Shown here: positions 58,302-64,000 of the stretch, in pieces
How positions within the stretch are numbered: position 1 is the stretch's first letter
Layout of the letters: each line of letters starts with the position of its first letter
From: Octopus vulgaris
Lineage: Eukaryota
Assembly (NCBI GenBank): GCA_951406725.2
Contig: OX597829.1
Location: 16,678,001 to 16,742,000, forward strand
Length of the DNA: 64,000 bases
Reading direction: 5' to 3'
Program-made: the position numbers and the translations under genes
Notes under the pieces: model-generated
The model's input: only the letters and a program-made list of their open reading frames with translations
Database searches by the model: none
Told to the model about the DNA's origin: nothing

Positions 58302-58431
58302 TGCGCGGGTGTGTATAAATATGTATATATATATGTGTATATATATATATTATATATATGTATGCAAGTATGTATGTATGTATGAATGTATATATATATA
58401 GATGCGTGTGTGTGTATAAATATGTATATAT

Positions 58432-58515
<84 letters not shown>

Positions 58516-58553
58516 TGTATATGTATGTATATATATGTATGCATGCATGTATG

Positions 58554-58595
<42 letters not shown>

Positions 58596-59144
58596 TAGAT
58601 TAAAATAGAAAGTAATAAAGTAGAATCTTTTGGCATCACAAATCTATATATGTATGTATTTACATGTACACATATATATTTGGTGGGCCTGAGGATATCA
58701 TAGAAGAATATAGTTGCTCAAGGTGCCACGCAGTGGGACTGAACCCGGAACTATATGATTGGGAAGAAAAAACACCTTACCACACAGCGCCACGCCTATG
58801 TACACACACACACACACACTTACATACACACATACACATATACATGCACACACACACACACACACACGCTCACACACACACACACACACACTTATATATA
58901 TATACAGGTATGTCGGTGCAAACAGGAAAAGTAGAAATCAAAACATGTGTATATGTATGTTTTTATTACTGATATTGAGCAGAAGTTGCAAACTTTAACT
59001 TCTACTAAATATCAATTTGTATATATATATACATACACACACACACACACACAAACACACACATGTGTATATGTCTTCCTTCACTAATACTTCTGTGTAC
59101 ACACACACACACACACACCCATATATATATATTGCACAACACAT

Positions 59145-59300
59145 ACATTGTCAAGTTTCATCAGAATCGGTTGAAAGCCGTGGTCAGAGTGAGGGTACAA
59201 CCTGACAGACACACAGACACACAGACAGACAAACTGCCGTTTATATATAGAGAGATATTGAGCAGAAGTTGCAAACTTTAACTTCTACTAAATATCAATT
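59145..59300 (+). mobile_element. Possible Helitron/Helentron-type non-autonomous end with terminal hairpin
   Basis: caagtttcatcagaatcggttga...(GACA)n...tttatatatagagagat followed by a stem-loop; resembles HINE/Lep1-type ends (recalled, not searched). Confidence 0.4.
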
Positions 59301-59307
59301 TGTATAT

Positions 59308-59364
<57 letters not shown>

Positions 59365-59388
59365 TACATACATGCATGTGTGTGTGTA

Positions 59389-59429
<41 letters not shown>

Positions 59430-59433
<4 letters not shown>

Positions 59434-59697
59434 GTTAGTGGTTAGGGCACCGGACTCGTGGTCGCAGGATCGCGGTTTCGGTTCCCAGTATTGAGCAAAA
59501 ACACCTAAAGCTCCACGTGGCTCCAGCAGGGGGTGGTGGTGGCGATCCCTGCTCTACTCATTTGCAATAACTTTCTCTCACTTTTTCTTCTGTTGGCCTG
59601 CTCGCTTAGCCAGCGGTTTGGCGTCATTTGAAGGCTAAAACAATGCGAAGCGCATTGTGACCAGCGATGTGTAGCAACATCTGATAGTCTGGTCGAT

Positions 59698-59705
<8 letters not shown>
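59430..59705 (+). mobile_element. SINE family C
   Basis: Matches 41321-41632; inserted in (TA)n. Confidence 0.88.
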
Positions 59706-59765
<60 letters not shown>

Positions 59766-60120
59766 GTTTCCATGCATGTATCTATACATATATAATATAA
59801 TATCTGTGTCTGCTTTTGAGCGAATTACTGAGAGAGAGAGAGAAAGAAAGAGAGAGAGAGCTGGAGAGAGAGAGGGAGAGAGAAAGAGAGGAGCAGAGGT
59901 AGATGAACATTTGTCTACATAAAGTTGAACCCATCATATCAAGTCCCTGAATTATAAAGTCGCACAACTGAGAGAATGTAAGGATCCTTATCAGACCGAA
60001 GATGTATTTAATATTAACTCAAGATTAATACTTCCGTTATGTGATATCATTTTCGTTTCCGCCATGTATTTCTATATATTTACATGCTTGTATACACACA
60101 CATGCGCGCACACACACACG

Positions 60121-60281
<161 letters not shown>

Positions 60282-62080
60282 ACATATTTGCAAATATGTT
60301 TGCACGCACACACACATGCAAGGAAGCATGTATACGTATACACATACATAAATGAATTTTATATATAATTTTATCCGTCTACTTATCTATATACATATGT
60401 TTGTGTGTGTAGATTTGCATATACGCACGAAAATTATATTGACCAAATTCTAAAATGAACTAAAGAGAATGTTTTCGTCAACAGCAAGAATTCTCAAGAG
60501 ACAATCATTAAAATATAAAACAGTAAATAATGAAAAAAAAAAAAATAAAGATATTTTTTTTTCTTTTTACTTCTGAAACAAAAATGATTTCTAAATACAT
60601 AACAGATGATAAAGCAGATCTAGATTATAATTAAACGCAACATTAAGTTTGCCAGACTGAAAAATAATCTTAGCTGCGACCAAGTAAACAGTCTTTATGT
60701 GGTCACATGATCTGCTAGAAATACCATACAAGTCTCTTTTAAATTATAGCCTATTGTCTTTATAAGAGAAGTGTATATTGAAGTATGTTGTCAAATATAT
60801 TCTGTATTTGAAGGAAAATTTAGGAATCTTTCATGGATGGAATATATTTGATCATGAGCCTGTGTGATTAGGGATGACCTGGAGCTGGGAGGAACAAACA
60901 ACAAATGTAGCGGCAGCAGCAACATATACTTATCTATAATACGTTAAAAGTCAGTTTGAATCTTGCTTGCTTGCAATGTTACTCAACCAAACTGGCGCAT
61001 AATGGGAAAATACTATGAATTAAGATTACTCTGTAATGTGAATACGAACGGAATGAAACAAGTTACGCGTAAATCAGAACAGAAGTTATTGAGATATTTG
61101 GGACTTGGGTGTATAAATACCCAAAACAGTGAATAATGGGAGAATGTTCCGAATATATCGTCATCCTGAAATGGCAGAAACTCTAACCTTTCAATTAGAC
61201 TGTGATTTGACAACCAAAAAATACGATTTGGGTTTTTTTTTTACAGTAAATCTTTCCATTTTCGCTTTTGTTAAACACAGTATTTTAATCATTTAGAAAT
61301 ATTTGTAAGTGAATGTGATTTCAAAAATTTAAGTTGTTTGTACAGTATGTATTTATATTTTAGCTTTCTTTAAACGAAAATATTTTAATGTTTTTTAAAT
61401 TATCTTCAGGTGAATAATATTACAAATGTTTTTGGCATATTTAACAAATATTTTAAAGGGAAAATGACTTTAAAAATACGGTAAATATTTCGTAAAAGAC
61501 CCGTTCCTAACCACGGTATGAAATAGATTTTTTTCCATACGTGTTTTTCCCAGTGAATTCAACGTATCGCATCTCGAAAGATTTGGCTGTTATTTTTAGC
61601 ACGCCCTGCTATCACGTAACAGCTATTTGCGATAAAGGACCTGAAATACCTGTTACGTGGTAGCAGGGCGTGCAAGAAATTGCAGCCAAATCCTTCTTTT
61701 CGGAGGAGAGGAGACGCTTACGCGTGATTTTGAAGTCACATTCATTGAAAGCATACGAAAAATCCTGGAAAAGGAAAAAAACCCCACGAACCCAAACTCC
61801 ATTGCTGAGAAACTCAGAGTTTTTTTGTGACCCAAAGGGTTACGGGTTGTCTAGCATATATATATTATCATCGTCATCGTCGTCATCTTCGTCATCGTCA
61901 TCATCATCATCATCGTCCTCGTCCTCATCCTCGTCCTCCTCATCATCAACTTAATTACCACCACCACCACTACCACCAGGTATGGAAAGGCTAAAATGTA
62001 TGATAACCACTGAGCCATGCGCCTTCCCTATATATGTATGTCTGTGTGTGTGTGTGTGTGTACATACATATACACATACC

Positions 62081-62134
<54 letters not shown>

Positions 62135-62142
<8 letters not shown>

Positions 62143-62637
62143 TTAGAGACAAAACCACTATTAGGCAAATCAAACAATGAAAAACTTAAGTCAATACATA
62201 AGATTATTTAATTTATATTATTTAAATATATAACAAAATTATTAAAAAAATATAATTAATATCACACTACGATCGTTTCATGGCTGCTAACTTCTTCAAA
62301 TTTTCGAGTCACAGTCATTCATCAGGTGGTTTAAATATTTATCGCCAAGATAAATATTTAAACCACCTGATGAATGACTGTGACTCGAAAATTTGAAGAA
62401 GTTAGCAGCCATGAAACGATCGTAGTGTGATATTAATTATATTTTTTTAATAATTTTGTTATATATTTAAATAATATAAATTAAATAATCTTATGTATCG
62501 GCTTAAGTTTTTCATTGTATGATTTGCCTAATAGTGGTTTTGTCTCTAATTTAATATAATATAATATTTTACTATAAAATTGGATTCAATCCTAAATTTG
62601 ATTTTTCCCTGTAAGTTTGGATTTATTCCCTAATATT

Positions 62638-62642
<5 letters not shown>
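62135..62642 (+). mobile_element. Penelope-like fold-back element in (TA)n
   Basis: ~210-bp arms around a 5-nt loop (62344-62348) plus an ~85-bp unique tail. Confidence 0.8.
62364..62427 (+). ncRNA. Type-I hammerhead ribozyme motif (mirror copy on minus strand at 62265-62328)
   Basis: CAC-CUGAUGA-AUGACUGUGACU...AGUUAGCAGCCAU-GAA-ACGAUCGU-A-GUG: canonical core, long stem II, palindromic stem III, GUA triplet. Confidence 0.75.
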
Positions 62643-62705
<63 letters not shown>

Positions 62706-62711
62706 TCCTAT

Positions 62712-63125
62712 TTTTACTTGCTTCAGTCATTTGACTGCGGCCATACTGGAGCACCGCCTTTAGTCGAACAAATCGACCCCAGAACTTACTCTTTGTAAGC
62801 CTAGTACTTGTTCTCTTTTGGTCTCTTTTGCCGAACCGCTAAGTTACGGTGACGTAAACATACCAGCTTCGGTTGTCAAACGATGTTAGGGAGACAAATA
62901 GTCACGCACAAACATATGCACACACACACACACACACACACATATATAAATATATACACACACGACGGGCTTCTTACAGTTTCCGTCTACCAAAATCCAC
63001 TCACAAGGCTTTAGTCGGCCCGAGGCTATAGTAGAAGACACTTGCTCAAGGTGCCACGCAGTGGGACTGAACACAGAACCACGTGGTTGGTAAGCAAGCT
63101 ACTTACCACACAGCCACTCCTGTGC
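62712..63125 (-). mobile_element. SINE family B
   Basis: Full-length match to the other copies. Confidence 0.92.
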
Positions 63126-63514
63126 GCGCACACACACACCTATATATGCTTCCACGCATTATATACGCATACACGAGTCTTCATTTACCAATGTTGCTCA
63201 AATAATACTGATGCCATGCATTATATTTAATATATTTTTCACATCATCTTATAATATTTCAGTAAGTATCTGCTGGTAAAGCGAAGATGGAATAATTGTA
63301 GTTGTAAACAAACAATATGTGTCTGCTTAATCCGGTCTTTCTTGTTTACGCGCTTTTACGTATACGGATATTCATGAACTTCCAGGGGTATCTTCAGGAA
63401 TACGAACGTTGTTTGCTTGCTTTTTTTTTATGAAACTTTACCTTATAACCGATACCCGTGAACAAGCTTTATAATGCAAAGTGCAAGAATCGAAATCGAA
63501 TTCATATATAATGT

Positions 63515-64000
63515 AGGAGCGGGTAGCCGAAAGTAATCGGAAATGTTCTCTGTGGGGCAAATCCATTGTAGTTCATGTTTTCGCCACTAGAAGCCACTTG
63601 ATGCGACCCTCAGGCATCAGTCTGACGATTGGCGTCGACTTGTATACTCTTACCTCCACGTGGTGCGTCTTTGTTTTACAGTGTTTCTTCCCTTATTCGT
63701 AGATTTTTGCGATGGTTGAAACGAAAGAACTGCATGCTTCCTTGAAATTCTGTTTTCTGCTGACGAAAACGGCGGCCGAAACAGTTGTTATGCTTCGGAC
63801 AGCTTACAAGGACGCTGCCACGAGCGAAATACAAAATTTACGAGTGGTTTTCAAGACAAGCCTCATTCAAGATGATCGTCGACCTTCCGTATGAATGTAA
63901 ACACTACAAAAAGTCACAAACTGATCTTGGAGAACCGTCGCCGAATAATTGACGTACTTGATGATTGATATGTCCTGGAGCTTCTGCCAACGAATTTTGA
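63515..64000 (+). mobile_element. Degenerate mariner 5' part (runs off the window)
   Basis: ELHASLKFCFLLTKTAAETVVMLRTAYKD resembles the mariner N-terminal HTH (EQR..IKFCF.LGK.A.ET..ML..AYG). Confidence 0.75.

Overview
This is eukaryotic, AT-rich, extremely microsatellite-dense DNA with no recognisable host protein-coding exon. Its tRNA-derived SINE families and (TA)n/(CATA)n/(CA)n/(TAA)n load strongly resemble octopus (coleoid cephalopod) intronic or intergenic sequence; that assignment is an inference. Most ORFs in the track are microsatellite translations. The real coding remnants are all transposon-derived: a full-length frameshifted mariner (31734-33032) plus other mariner pieces, a Tigger/pogo fragment, a probable piggyBac remnant, RTE, CR1-like and R4/Dong LINE 3' fragments, and a bipartite RTE derivative. 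There are four SINE families with module shuffling and a GG-ended, 8-bp-TSD (Merlin-like) MITE family carrying TTAGGG repeats. The most notable signal is a set of short non-coding elements sitting inside microsatellites that carry minimal type-I hammerhead ribozyme motifs with palindromic stem III, the Penelope-like retroelement signature. Several are long fold-back palindromes, including a near-perfect ~420-bp one with two ribozyme motifs on opposite strands (62135-62558). All calls are by eye; boundaries are approximate unless TSDs or TIRs are quoted.
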